The notes below the pieces were generated by a model. That model was not told the DNA's origin and searched no databases. It was given only the letters and a program-made list of their open reading frames with translations. A stretch of 63,099 nucleotides of DNA from a virus, in the IMG/VR virus record IMGVR_UViG_3300045988_090624; one strand, given 5' to 3'. The position numbers and the translations under genes are program-made. Below, piece after piece: positions 16,762 through 27,073 of the stretch (within the stretch, counting starts at the first letter, position 1; every line of letters starts with the position of its first letter).

Positions 16762-17193
16762 ATGGTTGAAACTAAACGAATTTGTAACGGTACTTTTGGT
16801 GAGGTTTGGCTTGATGGATCCTATGTAGGAGAGTGCTATAAGGCACAGGGTAAAGTTGAGTTTAATAAAGAGGAAATCAAACAGTGTGGTACATGGTGGA
16901 CTGATAACAAGGTTGTCGGCTGTACTGGTAAAGGTTCCCTTACCCTTTACAAAGTCAATACCAGAATGGGTATCAAGATTGCTCAGATGATTAAGGATAA
17001 AAAAGATATCCGCTTTACTGTTATCAGTAAGCTGGCTGATCCTGATTCCTTTGGTGCTGAGCGTGTATCTCTTACAGGAGTATCCTTTGATGATCTTACC
17101 CTGTTTGACTGGGAAGCTCAGAAGCCGGGAGAAACGGAGTGTCCGTTTACCTTTACCGGATATGAGTATCTGGATCAGATCAAGCCTCAGTAA
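16762..17193 (+). CDS. Tail tube protein (XkdM-like)
   Basis: Size and position between the sheath and chaperone genes. Confidence 0.7.
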   Translation: MVETKRICNGTFGEVWLDGSYVGECYKAQGKVEFNKEEIKQCGTWWTDNKVVGCTGKGSLTLYKVNTRMGIKIAQMIKDKKDIRFTVISKLADPDSFGAERVSLTGVSFDDLTLFDWEAQKPGETECPFTFTGYEYLDQIKPQ

Positions 17194-17279
17194 TTGAGGA
17201 AAATAATAAGAGTGTATCAGAGAGGCATAGTTAAAAACGTGCCTCTCTTAATTTTTGGATTATAGGAGGACTATTTATC

Positions 17280-17786
17280 ATGGCAGTTAAGAAAAATACA
17301 GAAGTTGAAAACGTAGAAGTAACTGAGACAGTTGAAAAAGAGGCGGTAAATGTGCTGGATCTTCTTTTAGGATCCGACTTAGGCACTATCAAACAGCCTC
17401 ACAAGGATATGGAAATTACCCGTTTATCTGAGGCTCTGGGAGCTCCTTTTGTGGTACGTTGTGAAGCTCTTAGCCCGGATACATATGAGGAAGTACAGGA
17501 GAACGCTATCAAGATCAATGGTAAAGACGTAGATCTTGACATGAACAAGCTCCAGATGCTCACAGTAATTGAGGGTGTTAAGGCTACAGCGGTAGATGAG
17601 AATGGTAACAGGGTAGCGGCTGGCTTACTCCTGAAAAACAAAGAGCTGTTAAGCAGATTTAAGGCTCCGACTCCTAAAGAGTTGTGTAGAAAGCTCTTTC
17701 TCTCTGGTGAGGTAGCAAATATGTATAACGCTATCACAAAGCTGAGCGGATTCTCAGAGACAGCGGTTAAAGAGTTAAAAAACTAA
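17280..17786 (+). CDS. Tail assembly chaperone (XkdN-like, G form)
   Basis: Position before the tape measure gene. It ends in the slippery site A AAA AAC TAA. Confidence 0.7.
   Translation: MAVKKNTEVENVEVTETVEKEAVNVLDLLLGSDLGTIKQPHKDMEITRLSEALGAPFVVRCEALSPDTYEEVQENAIKINGKDVDLDMNKLQMLTVIEGVKATAVDENGNRVAAGLLLKNKELLSRFKAPTPKELCRKLFLSGEVANMYNAITKLSGFSETAVKELKN
17777..17783 (+). promoter_or_regulatory. -1 programmed ribosomal frameshift heptamer A_AAA_AAC
   Basis: An X_XXY_YYZ heptamer in the zero frame lies one codon before the stop. The -1 frame is open from 17771 to TAG 17984-17986. Confidence 0.7.
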
Positions 17787-17986
17787 TATGGACAGACGGT
17801 TTAGCTAACCTCATGTTTTATTACTGGAAACATAAGGGTATTAGACCGTCTGTTTTTTACTCCATGCCAAAAGGTGAATTGACTGTTATTCAGGCTTTCT
17901 ATGAGAAAGAGATTGAGGAAAGGGACAAGGTTCTTAAGGAAATGGCTAAGAACAACGTGGTATGTCCTTATCAGTTTTTCGTGTAG
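17783..17986 (+). CDS. Frameshift extension of the tail assembly chaperone (GT form)
   Basis: The -1 frame reads ...KKLIWTDGLANLMFYYWKHKGIRPSVFYSMPKGELTVIQAFYEKEIEERDK... It has no start codon or RBS of its own near its 5' end. Confidence 0.6.
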   Translation, partial: LIWTDGLANLMFYYWKHKGIRPSVFYSMPKGELTVIQAFYEKEIEERDKVLKEMAKNNVVCPYQFFV

Positions 17987-18000
17987 GAGGTGAGTAAACA

Positions 18001-21000
18001 GTGATAGAGTTTGGTGCAAGGCTTACCTTGCAAGATCAAATGTCTGCTACTCTTGTGAGAAACATTCAAGCTCAGAGGCAGTTTCAGGAGGCTATAGACT
18101 CTACCAGATCCTCTCTGGAGCAAATGACCGGAGGAAATTATAGTACAGATGTTGACGTTGATACCTCAGCGGCTCAGCAACAGGTAGATCAGATACAAGA
18201 GGTACTGGATCAGGTAAATGGCACTGATACTACAGCTACAGTGGAGGCTGATACCTCAGAGGCTCAAAGAGAGACTGAACAGCTCAGAGAGAATTTGGAT
18301 GGATTAAGAGGGACAGTAGATGCTCAGGTTAATGTCAATGACTCAGGAGCTACTCAGCGTGTGTCAGCGTTGAGGGAGAGATTGGCAAGCCTGAGGAGTA
18401 TGGTAACAGCTCCAGTAGTTAGGTTACGGGATGAAGCAAGTAGGCGGCTACAAAGCATAAGATCAACGCTTTCCAGTGTTGGTAGCAGAGTAGCCGCCCC
18501 TTTTGTCAGGTTAAGGGATCAGGCTACCAACAGACTGAACCAGATCAGGCAGAGGCTAAATAGTATCAGATCTCAGGTAGCGGCTCCGATTGTGAGGTTG
18601 AGAGACTCAGCCTCAGCCACTCTGACAAGAGTGAGGAATACTTTGAGGACTGTAGGTAGGACTATTGCAAGTCCTGTAATCCGGGTGAGAGACACAGCCT
18701 CCCGGATAGTCTCCAGTGTAACAAGTAGAATCAGGGCAGTAGGACACATGGTAGCAAGTCCCTTTATCAGAATTAGAGATACAGCCTCAGGTATTATCAA
18801 TAATGTAAGGAGCAGACTTTCAGCCTTAGGAAGTGCTGTAGCGGCTCCACTGGTAAAAGTAAGGGATATGGCAAGTGCTGTACTGAGTAAGATTGGAGGA
18901 ATGCTCAAGACTTTAGCTAAAGGGGCTACTATAGCGGTATCCGCTGTTATGACTGGTTCCCTGTTAGAGGGTTCAAAACTTGAGCAGAGTATAGGTGGTG
19001 TTGAAACACTGTTTAAGGACAGTGCAGACATTGTAAAGAAAAATGCAGATGCCGCCTTTCAGACAGCCGGATTATCAGCAAATAACTACATGGAAACAGT
19101 AACAGCTTTCTCAGCCTCATTGTTGCAGAGTTTGGGTGGAGATACTCAAAAGGCGGCTCAGGTGGCTGACATGGCTGTAGTTGATATGTCAGATAATGCT
19201 AATAAGATGGGAACCAGTATGGAAGATATCCAGAACGCTTATCAGGGTTTTGCAAAACAGAATTATACCATGCTGGATAACTTAAAGTTAGGATATGGCG
19301 GTACTAAGACGGAAATGGAAAGACTCCTTTCTGATGCTGAGAAGCTCACGGGGCAGAAGTACGATATTAGTAACCTGTCAGACGTTTATAATGCGGTTCA
19401 TGCAATTCAGGAAAATCTTGATATTGCTGGTACAACAGCAAAAGAGGCGGCTACTACTTTCAGTGGATCATTTAACTCCATGAAAGCGGCGGCTCAAAAT
19501 CTCTTAGGTAATTTAGCCGTTGGAGGAGATGTAAAAACCGCAATGTCTCAGTTAGTTGGAAGTGCTGTTACATTTGCGTTTGATAATGCTATTCCTATGA
19601 TTGGTAACATTTTCTCAGCGTTACCTACAGCCATTGCTACAGCTATTGAGACAGGAGCTCCTAAGGTTAAGGCGGCTGGAGCCTCTATAGTAAAGAGCTT
19701 ATCAAGTGGCTTAATGGATCTCTTACCGGATTCCATGAAAAAGGTAACTACATCTGTGAGTAATGTAGCCTCATCAGTTAAACAGGCTGGCTCAGGGGTA
19801 GGAGAGGTAGCCTCACAGGTATCTAAGTATGTAGGTTATACGGTGCAGAGTGGAGACACCCTCTCAGCCATTGCTAAGCAGTATAAAACCACATATCAAG
19901 ATCTTGCGGCATACAATAACATCCCGGATCCTAACAAGATCTTTACAGGTCAGAGTATACAGGTTCCAAACATGGAGGCAAGCCAACAGCCCTCACAAAC
20001 TGAGGCGGCAAGCCCACAGCCTGAGACAACAACAACTACATCCCTAAACATGGATAACCCTATTATTAGCTCATTTGCTAATTTAGCGGCGGCAAGTTTG
20101 GGAATGGTTCAAACAGCTTTTAGCTCACTGAAAACGGCTGTATCAGCGGCGGCTGGTACTGTAGTGAGCGTTTTACCGGGAATTACCAATGCAGTAACAG
20201 CGGTAGTAACCGGGATCACTCCACTGATCCAGACAGCTACAGATATCTTTGTAGCGGCTCAGCCTATTGTGGTAAGTGTAATAAACAGTCTGAGTGGTGC
20301 TGTTCAGAGGTTAGCTCCTCCAGTATCCACAGCGGTTAATAAGGTCGGTAAGGCTATTGAAAAATTAGTGCAGACTGTATCTAATCACATGGGAGTTTTT
20401 GAAACGGCGGTGAGTGCGATAGTTCCGGTGATCTCTACATCAATCTCAGTTTTGGGGACGGTGTTTGAGGCGGCTGGAAATGTGATCTCTCCGGCTCTGG
20501 ATGCTATTTTGAGTGTAGTGGAGAGTGTAATGGGAGCTATTGCTCCTGTAGTATCAGATGCTTGGAGTATGATCTCCTCAGCGTTTGAGAGTGCTGGATC
20601 TTTCCTGTTATCAGCCTCAGAAGCTATAGGCTCAGCTATTGGATGGTTAAAGGATTACTTTGTTCAGATTTTCGATCAGATGGCTCCTTACATTCAATCA
20701 GCATGGGAGGGAATAAAACCAGCGTTTGAGAGTGCCGGAAATTTGATTAGTCAGGTAGTCGGTATAATCGTACCAGTTCTACAGGTATTGTGGAGTGGGG
20801 TACAGTCGGTATTTAGTTTCTTAGCTCCATACTTACCTACAGTGTGGAGTATTATCAGTACAGCCTTTAGCGTGGCTGGTACAGTGATCTCAACAGTAAT
20901 TGATTTTATCAGTGGTGTGCTGTCAGTGTTACAGAGTGTTTTCTCCTCTGTATTCAGTTTTATAGCACCTATTGTATCAACAGTCTGGAATGTGATCCAA

Positions 21001-22773
21001 ACAGCTTTTAGCGTGGCTGGTAGCATTATTGGCGGCGTGGTAGGTGTGATATCTGGAGTGATTTCTACACTGTCAGGAATATTTTCTGGTAGCTTCTCAG
21101 CAATAGCTCCGGTAGTGTCTACAGTATGGAGTGTGATCCAAACAGCTTTTAGCGTTGCAAGTGGAATCATTTCAGGAGTTGTATCTACGATCAGTGGAAT
21201 TATCTCAGGCATTGCCGGAATCTTTTCCGGTGGGCTTGGTGGAGCACAAGGAATAGTTGAGGGTGCATGGAATGTAATAACAGCGGCATTTGATACGGCT
21301 GGAGGTTTAATCTCTGGTGCGGTAGGTGTTGTGAGCGGTGTTGTAAGTGGTATAGCTGGAATCTTCTCAGGCGGCTTAGACGGACTGGGAGGAATTGCAG
21401 AGGGAGCATGGACAGCGGTTACAGGTGCTTTTGAAACGGCTCAAACTTCCCTATCTGGTATAGTGGATGGTATTGGAGGGGTAGTTGAGGGAATCAGTGA
21501 AAAGGTGTCAAGTGCTTTGTCCTCAGTTGGTGAGTTTGTAAGCGGTGCATGGGATTCGATTTGTAATTTCTTCTCTGGTGGATCAGAGGAGGTTGCAAGC
21601 TCAGCTCCTCAGGCTGAGGCAAGTGTACAGGAATATCAAACAGCATTTGACCAGCTTAACCTCATAGCTCCAGAAGTACAGGCGGCATGGGAAAGCATTA
21701 ACACAGCTTACTCAACAGGTGCGGCTAATGTATCAACCTCAAACACTACAGTAACAACAGGCTTAACTACTCTTAGTACAGCTTTCACAACAGCTTTTAC
21801 AGCAATTCAGACAGCGGTAACAACAGGGTGGGAAAGTATCAATACAGCCTTTACCGGAATGACAACAGGGTTTACTACTTTACAGACCAGCTTAACAGTT
21901 GGATGGGTAGAAATCTCCAGAACCTTTACCACAGCTTTTACAGCTATGGGAATGGCGGTAACTTCCGGCTGGACGGGAATCTCAGCAACATTTAATCAGA
22001 TGTCAGCCGGATTAACTTCCTTACAGTCTTCTATCTTAGTGAGCTGGACAGGAATAAGTGCAAGTTTTACAGCGGCTCAGGCGGCTTTGAGTTCTTCTAT
22101 GAGTTCTATGCAGTCAGCTCTCACACAGCTTAACTCCTCATTCAGTTCCAATATGAGTAGTATTCTCTCAGTTACTATTTCCGGTTGGAGTTCAGTGTTG
22201 AGTGCTTTTGCAAGTGCTTACAGTGGTATCTCTTCCTACGGTGGTGCTATTAGAGGAGCGTTATCCTCACTGGCTGGCTCATTCTCCTCAGCAATGGGAA
22301 GTATAGCTGGATCAGCAAACTCAGCGGCGGCGGCTGTAAACAGTGCGGCGGCAAGTATAGCGGCGGCTGTAAGTCGTGCGGCAAGTGCGGCGGCAAGTAT
22401 GCCTAAGGGTGTTGGTGGAGCAAGTAGAGCAATGGGTGTAGACCGTGTACCTTATGACAACTATCCTATCATGGCTCATGAGGGTGAGAAACTCCTGACT
22501 AAGAATGAAGCTAACCAGTATGAACGATCCACAAGGGGAGTGAGAATGGTTAGTAGAGCAATGGGTACAGGAGAGATCCGTGAGGACGGTACTCCTATCA
22601 TGGCTCATGAGGGTGAGAAACTCCTTACCAAACAGGAAACAAAGCAGACAAAAGAGAACAGACCTCTTGAGATCCGTTTTGAGAATGTAACATTCACAGA
22701 GACAGCGGATGTTGATGTGATTATGGAGGAAATGGTAAGAAAACTCCGCAAGGTTCAGGAAACAATGGTTTAA
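18001..22773 (+). CDS. Tape measure protein (1590 aa) with an internal LysM domain and several repeat families
   Basis: Length and position fit. The sequence is Ala/Ser/Gly-rich and repetitive. A LysM-like segment YTVQSGDTLSAIAKQYKTTYQDLAAYNNI...GQSIQVP lies at nt 19837-19967. Confidence 0.85.
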   Translation: MIEFGARLTLQDQMSATLVRNIQAQRQFQEAIDSTRSSLEQMTGGNYSTDVDVDTSAAQQQVDQIQEVLDQVNGTDTTATVEADTSEAQRETEQLRENLDGLRGTVDAQVNVNDSGATQRVSALRERLASLRSMVTAPVVRLRDEASRRLQSIRSTLSSVGSRVAAPFVRLRDQATNRLNQIRQRLNSIRSQVAAPIVRLRDSASATLTRVRNTLRTVGRTIASPVIRVRDTASRIVSSVTSRIRAVGHMVASPFIRIRDTASGIINNVRSRLSALGSAVAAPLVKVRDMASAVLSKIGGMLKTLAKGATIAVSAVMTGSLLEGSKLEQSIGGVETLFKDSADIVKKNADAAFQTAGLSANNYMETVTAFSASLLQSLGGDTQKAAQVADMAVVDMSDNANKMGTSMEDIQNAYQGFAKQNYTMLDNLKLGYGGTKTEMERLLSDAEKLTGQKYDISNLSDVYNAVHAIQENLDIAGTTAKEAATTFSGSFNSMKAAAQNLLGNLAVGGDVKTAMSQLVGSAVTFAFDNAIPMIGNIFSALPTAIATAIETGAPKVKAAGASIVKSLSSGLMDLLPDSMKKVTTSVSNVASSVKQAGSGVGEVASQVSKYVGYTVQSGDTLSAIAKQYKTTYQDLAAYNNIPDPNKIFTGQSIQVPNMEASQQPSQTEAASPQPETTTTTSLNMDNPIISSFANLAAASLGMVQTAFSSLKTAVSAAAGTVVSVLPGITNAVTAVVTGITPLIQTATDIFVAAQPIVVSVINSLSGAVQRLAPPVSTAVNKVGKAIEKLVQTVSNHMGVFETAVSAIVPVISTSISVLGTVFEAAGNVISPALDAILSVVESVMGAIAPVVSDAWSMISSAFESAGSFLLSASEAIGSAIGWLKDYFVQIFDQMAPYIQSAWEGIKPAFESAGNLISQVVGIIVPVLQVLWSGVQSVFSFLAPYLPTVWSIISTAFSVAGTVISTVIDFISGVLSVLQSVFSSVFSFIAPIVSTVWNVIQTAFSVAGSIIGGVVGVISGVISTLSGIFSGSFSAIAPVVSTVWSVIQTAFSVASGIISGVVSTISGIISGIAGIFSGGLGGAQGIVEGAWNVITAAFDTAGGLISGAVGVVSGVVSGIAGIFSGGLDGLGGIAEGAWTAVTGAFETAQTSLSGIVDGIGGVVEGISEKVSSALSSVGEFVSGAWDSICNFFSGGSEEVASSAPQAEASVQEYQTAFDQLNLIAPEVQAAWESINTAYSTGAANVSTSNTTVTTGLTTLSTAFTTAFTAIQTAVTTGWESINTAFTGMTTGFTTLQTSLTVGWVEISRTFTTAFTAMGMAVTSGWTGISATFNQMSAGLTSLQSSILVSWTGISASFTAAQAALSSSMSSMQSALTQLNSSFSSNMSSILSVTISGWSSVLSAFASAYSGISSYGGAIRGALSSLAGSFSSAMGSIAGSANSAAAAVNSAAASIAAAVSRAASAAASMPKGVGGASRAMGVDRVPYDNYPIMAHEGEKLLTKNEANQYERSTRGVRMVSRAMGTGEIREDGTPIMAHEGEKLLTKQETKQTKENRPLEIRFENVTFTETADVDVIMEEMVRKLRKVQETMV
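18409..18930 (+). repeat. Six tandem 87-nt (29-aa) repeats [AS]P[VFIL][VI][RK][LVI]RD... inside the tape measure gene
   Basis: Repeat starts at 18409 and 18844 are separated by exactly 5 x 87 nt. The protein repeats are APVVRLRD, APFVRLRD, APIVRLRD, SPVIRVRD, SPFIRIRD and APLVKVRD. Confidence 0.8.
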
Positions 22774-22789
22774 GTAAAGGAGGAGGATT

Positions 22790-23434
22790 ATGGAGTTTTG
22801 GTTAAAAAAGTCAAACTCTGACAAAATTATGTTACCTGTAAATCCTGAGTCTTTCGCCTTTACAGAAAAGCATAATAATACCTCAGTAAATGTTAATAGC
22901 ATTGGTGAGGTAAACCTTTTAGGAAAGAGGAATTTAAAGACGGGAACTATCTCCTCCCACTTTCCTAAAAGAGATAGGAACTATGCTAACAATTCTGGTA
23001 GACAGGCTCCTTACACTTACATCAATAAGTTGCTTTCATGGAAAAGCTCAGGAAAGCCTGTACAGTTGATTATTACCGGGACAAAGATAAACTTTCAGGT
23101 CACTATTGAAACTCTGAAATACGGGGAACAGGACGGGACAGGAGATGTTTATTATGATCTTACCCTGAAAGAATACAGGGCGGTAGAAATCAAAAAGACG
23201 AAACTCAAAAAGACAAAGAAAAAGAAAACTACCAAAAAGAAAAGCAAGCCGAAAAGACCAGCGGCAAAGAAAAAGACAAAGACCTACACTGTTAAGAGTG
23301 GTGATTGTCTTTGGAATATTGCTAAAAGGTTTTATGGTAACGGGGCTCAGTACACAAAGATTTACAATGCTAACCGGGGTAAAATCAAAAATCCAAACTT
23401 GATCTATCCCGGTCAGAAATTGACGATTCCATAA
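22790..23434 (+). CDS. LysM-domain tail protein (XkdP-like)
   Basis: C-terminal [31 protein letters not shown]...GQKLTIP is a LysM motif. Confidence 0.7.
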   Translation: MEFWLKKSNSDKIMLPVNPESFAFTEKHNNTSVNVNSIGEVNLLGKRNLKTGTISSHFPKRDRNYANNSGRQAPYTYINKLLSWKSSGKPVQLIITGTKINFQVTIETLKYGEQDGTGDVYYDLTLKEYRAVEIKKTKLKKTKKKKTTKKKSKPKRPAAKKKTKTYTVKSGDCLWNIAKRFYGNGAQYTKIYNANRGKIKNPNLIYPGQKLTIP

Positions 23435-23445
23435 GGAGGGCATAT

Positions 23446-24405
23446 ATGAAGATTCTACACAAGCTGGAGAATGATATAACAGATTATGTGATCTCTATTG
23501 AATGGAGCGGATCTAAGTCACAAGTAACCCGTAAACTGGAGATCACGGTAGTAAATGCTCCTTATGATCCTAACATCAAACATCTTAATTTGAAACTTGC
23601 AGAAACCCTCTACTTATACTCAGATGATTTAAAGACTGAGTATTTTAGAGGGTTTATTGTTGAGAGAGAAAGAAGCAGTAAGACCGGGAATATCACTTAT
23701 ACAGCTTATGATCTTTGCTACTACACAAAGAAGAGTAAAGCCACTTACAACTTTAAAGGTAAGACGGCTGAGAAGATCACAAGAGTTGTCTGTGAGGATT
23801 TAAAGATCCCGGTAGGATCCTTAGCAAAGACGGGGCATAGTCAAAAGCTCATAGTCAAAGATAAAACAATCTATGACATTATTATGAGTGCTTATACTCA
23901 GGCTCATCAGGTAAACAAAAAGCTCTATATGGTTAGGGCAAGTAAGGGAAAACTGAATGTAGTTGAGTATGGGGCTACAGTCTGTACCTATGAACTGGAT
24001 GAGAATACAAACATTACAGAGTCAGCTTTCAAGGAAACTCTTGAGAATATGGTTAATAAGGTTCGTATCTATGACGGGGACGGTAAGCAGATTGGTGTAG
24101 TGCAAAATACCAAAAATCAGAAATATGGTATTTTTCAGGAAACCTACACAAAGGAGAAAGATAAAAACGCCACTACAACAGCAAAATCAAAGTTACATGG
24201 TATTGATAAGACCGCTACTATTAAAGCCCTCGGTAAAAATATGATGGCGGCTATCACAGGTAACGGGGTAGCAGTTGTGGACAAGGCTACAGGATTAAAG
24301 GGATTATTCTGGATTACAGGAGATACCCATGTATGGGAAAAAGGTGTGCATACTATGACACTTACCCTTGAATTTAAAAAAGCAATGGATACAAAGGAGG
24401 TGTGA
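23446..24405 (+). CDS. Baseplate hub / XkdQ-like tail protein
   Basis: Position and size in PBSX-like order. Confidence 0.55.
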   Translation: MKILHKLENDITDYVISIEWSGSKSQVTRKLEITVVNAPYDPNIKHLNLKLAETLYLYSDDLKTEYFRGFIVERERSSKTGNITYTAYDLCYYTKKSKATYNFKGKTAEKITRVVCEDLKIPVGSLAKTGHSQKLIVKDKTIYDIIMSAYTQAHQVNKKLYMVRASKGKLNVVEYGATVCTYELDENTNITESAFKETLENMVNKVRIYDGDGKQIGVVQNTKNQKYGIFQETYTKEKDKNATTTAKSKLHGIDKTATIKALGKNMMAAITGNGVAVVDKATGLKGLFWITGDTHVWEKGVHTMTLTLEFKKAMDTKEV

Positions 24406-24408
24406 TAC

Positions 24409-24768
24409 ATGGCTAAAGCAGATCAGGTTTGTGCTAATCTCATGGACATTATGAGACAGGAGGGCTCAAAGGATAACCCGGAAACTTTATTTATAGGCAC
24501 TATGAGAAGTGCTACATCAGTGGAAATTGATGGGCTTGTGCTGGATGGTGATGATGTTTATATAGCGGCTCACTTAATGGCTGGGTATCAATTTCCTCTG
24601 AAAGTTCCTTATGTATCAGATGTAACTTTCGGACATTATGACGGAAGTTTTAAAACCACTAATCCGGCTGTAAGAAAGACCGGGCTTAAAAAGGGAGATC
24701 TGGTGGCTGTCATGAAATGCAATGATAATACTACTTATGTGATCCTTGAAAAGGTGGTGAAACCATGA
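24409..24768 (+). CDS. Baseplate protein (XkdR-like)
   Basis: Position and size. Confidence 0.5.
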   Translation: MAKADQVCANLMDIMRQEGSKDNPETLFIGTMRSATSVEIDGLVLDGDDVYIAAHLMAGYQFPLKVPYVSDVTFGHYDGSFKTTNPAVRKTGLKKGDLVAVMKCNDNTTYVILEKVVKP

Positions 24769-25190
24769 GTGATACAGGAGGCTTATTTCCTTTTGATGAT
24801 GCTGAGGAGTTCGCTGAGGATATTGTAGACGAAGAGGAAGAGTATACAATAAAAGATTTTGAAATTGACTGGGATACTATGAGAATGACCGGGAATATCG
24901 TTGAGGGGCTGGATGCTATTGTAATGTGGGTACATCTTGCACTAAGAACTAAACGTTATGAATGGCTGATCTTCTCATGGGATTACGGTGAGGAGTATAC
25001 AGATCTTTTAGGCTACTCATATACTCAGGAGTACCTTGAGAGTGAGGTAGAGAGGATGATAACTGAGTGTGTGACTCAGCACCCTTACATCACAGGAATA
25101 CAGGATTTAACAGTAACAGTGGAGAAAGAAAAGCTCCACATTACATTCACATTACTTACAGATTTAGGGGAGGTGGAAATAGATGTATGA
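24765..25190 (+). CDS. Baseplate wedge protein (XkdS-like)
   Basis: Position and size. Its start overlaps the previous gene. Confidence 0.5.
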   Translation: MSDTGGLFPFDDAEEFAEDIVDEEEEYTIKDFEIDWDTMRMTGNIVEGLDAIVMWVHLALRTKRYEWLIFSWDYGEEYTDLLGYSYTQEYLESEVERMITECVTQHPYITGIQDLTVTVEKEKLHITFTLLTDLGEVEIDV

Positions 25191-26283
25191 GGATCAGACC
25201 TATGAGGCTATCTTAGATAGACTCTTAGAAAATACAAGGGATGATATTGATAAGACAGAGGGATCTGTTTTATATACCGCTATTGCTCCGGCTGGCTTAG
25301 AGTTCGCTATCCACTATACAGAGCTGGATGGACTCATAAGAGAGGGCTATGCTGATACCTGTGATAGGGATAACCTGATACTCAGGTGTAAAGAGCGTGG
25401 TATCACTCCTTATCCGGCTACAGCGGCGGTTTTAAAGGGAGAGTTTAATGTTGACATTGGAGTAGGTCAGCGTTTCTCTCTGGATGAGCTCAACTATATT
25501 TCTAAGAAATATATAGGGCGTGGAAATCCTACAGAGGAGGGCGGCTCTGGTACATACCTGTATCAGATGGAGTGTGAGACTGTAGGTACAGATGGTAATA
25601 AACATTTTGGTGATCTTACCGCCATTGAGTTTATTACTAATCTGGAAATTGCAAGACTGACAGAGGTACTTATCCCGGCAGAGGATGAGGAAGATACTGA
25701 GGTATTAAGAGCCCGGTATTTCTCCAGTTTTGAGACAGCTCCTTTCGGAGGTAACAAGAAAGACTACAAAGAGAAAGCAAACAAGCTAAATGGCGTAGGA
25801 GATACAAAGGTTATCCCGGCATGGGACGGGGGAGGAACTGTTAAGCTGATTATTATTAACAGTGATTTTGATAAAGCCTCAGATACCTTAGTAAGTGAGG
25901 TACAAGAGGCTATGGATCCATTATCTGACAGAGGTAACGGATCTGGTATAGCTCCTATAGGTCACACTGTTACGGTAGTGACTGTTAAGGAGGTTCCTAT
26001 TACTGTATCCGTTAATATCGTTTATAAAGAGGGTTACTCATGGAGTAGGCTGGGTGAGGATATCAAAGCCGCTATTGAGGCGTACCTTTTGGAAATGAGG
26101 AAAGACTGGGCTAACCAGTCTTTTTTAAGTGTTCGTATTACTCAGGTTGAGGCAAGACTCTTAAAAATTGAGGGGATTGTTGATATCTCAGATACAAAGA
26201 TAAACGGGGTAGCGGATAATTTCACTCTTGCCTCTGATGAGATCCCCGTACCGTCAGAAACGGGGGTGGTAGTAGATGCGTGA
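25183..26283 (+). CDS. Baseplate J-like protein (XkdT-like)
   Basis: N-terminal YEAILDRLL...DKTEGSVLYTAIAPA is typical of the baseplate J family. Confidence 0.7.
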   Translation: MYEDQTYEAILDRLLENTRDDIDKTEGSVLYTAIAPAGLEFAIHYTELDGLIREGYADTCDRDNLILRCKERGITPYPATAAVLKGEFNVDIGVGQRFSLDELNYISKKYIGRGNPTEEGGSGTYLYQMECETVGTDGNKHFGDLTAIEFITNLEIARLTEVLIPAEDEEDTEVLRARYFSSFETAPFGGNKKDYKEKANKLNGVGDTKVIPAWDGGGTVKLIIINSDFDKASDTLVSEVQEAMDPLSDRGNGSGIAPIGHTVTVVTVKEVPITVSVNIVYKEGYSWSRLGEDIKAAIEAYLLEMRKDWANQSFLSVRITQVEARLLKIEGIVDISDTKINGVADNFTLASDEIPVPSETGVVVDA

Positions 26284-27058
26284 TAGTGTAAACATTATCA
26301 AGTATTGGATCAAAGAGCTCAGAAAGATCCGTGAATTTCAGGAGCTTGCAAAAACTGAGGATCTGGAATTTTTAAGACTTTATGGGGAAACTGATAGAGC
26401 CTTAAAGAATCTGTTTATTGAGACAGCGGATGAGTACGGAGTTAAGAGGCTGGAAAAGATAGCCGGGATTTACCCGGAGGCTGAGGATACTCTGGAGCAA
26501 AGGAAAGCCCGTCTTTATGTGTACTGGAATGACAAAGAGCCATACACAGAGGGAGAGCTTAGACAGCGTTTAGAGAGTCTGTGTGGAGCTGGTAACTATG
26601 AGATAATTTCTGATTACAAAAATTACCTAATCCATATTATCACGAATGTAGGAGGCTATGGTATCTTTGATGAAATTACACGGATGCTTGACTACTTTCT
26701 CCCGGCTAACTTGGTACTTGATCTCAAGAACGTTCTCAGGGGGGAGGGATCCGCCGGGATCTACTATGGAGTTGGTGGTGTAACGGCTATGAGCTATACC
26801 GTAACCAACGACATAAAAGAAGAGTACCCTCTTGAGCAAGGGCTGTATATTGCTCATCCATTTCTTACCGCCTCAGAGGGTGTTATCACAAATGATATCT
26901 CTGAGTCTTATAGTTCTGAGCTTACTCTCTATCCGGGAGTTGGATCAGCACAGGCGGTAAATAAGACAGTAACAAATGATATTAACTCAGTAAATGAGTT
27001 GCATGAGGAGAAAACTGTAGGAATTGCAGTAAGTACCTCACAAGTAATTACAGTATAA
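26276..27058 (+). CDS. Baseplate/tail-fibre-associated protein (XkdU-like)
   Basis: Position between the baseplate J gene and the fibre gene. Confidence 0.5.
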   Translation: MRDSVNIIKYWIKELRKIREFQELAKTEDLEFLRLYGETDRALKNLFIETADEYGVKRLEKIAGIYPEAEDTLEQRKARLYVYWNDKEPYTEGELRQRLESLCGAGNYEIISDYKNYLIHIITNVGGYGIFDEITRMLDYFLPANLVLDLKNVLRGEGSAGIYYGVGGVTAMSYTVTNDIKEEYPLEQGLYIAHPFLTASEGVITNDISESYSSELTLYPGVGSAQAVNKTVTNDINSVNELHEEKTVGIAVSTSQVITV

Positions 27059-27073
27059 AGGAGGACTTTAAAA

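Noticed and set aside
18573-21409. Several minus- and plus-strand ORFs of 60-150 aa inside the tape measure gene
   Set aside because: They are embedded in a long, well-supported 1590-aa ORF. They arise from its repetitive GC-skewed sequence, and none has an RBS.
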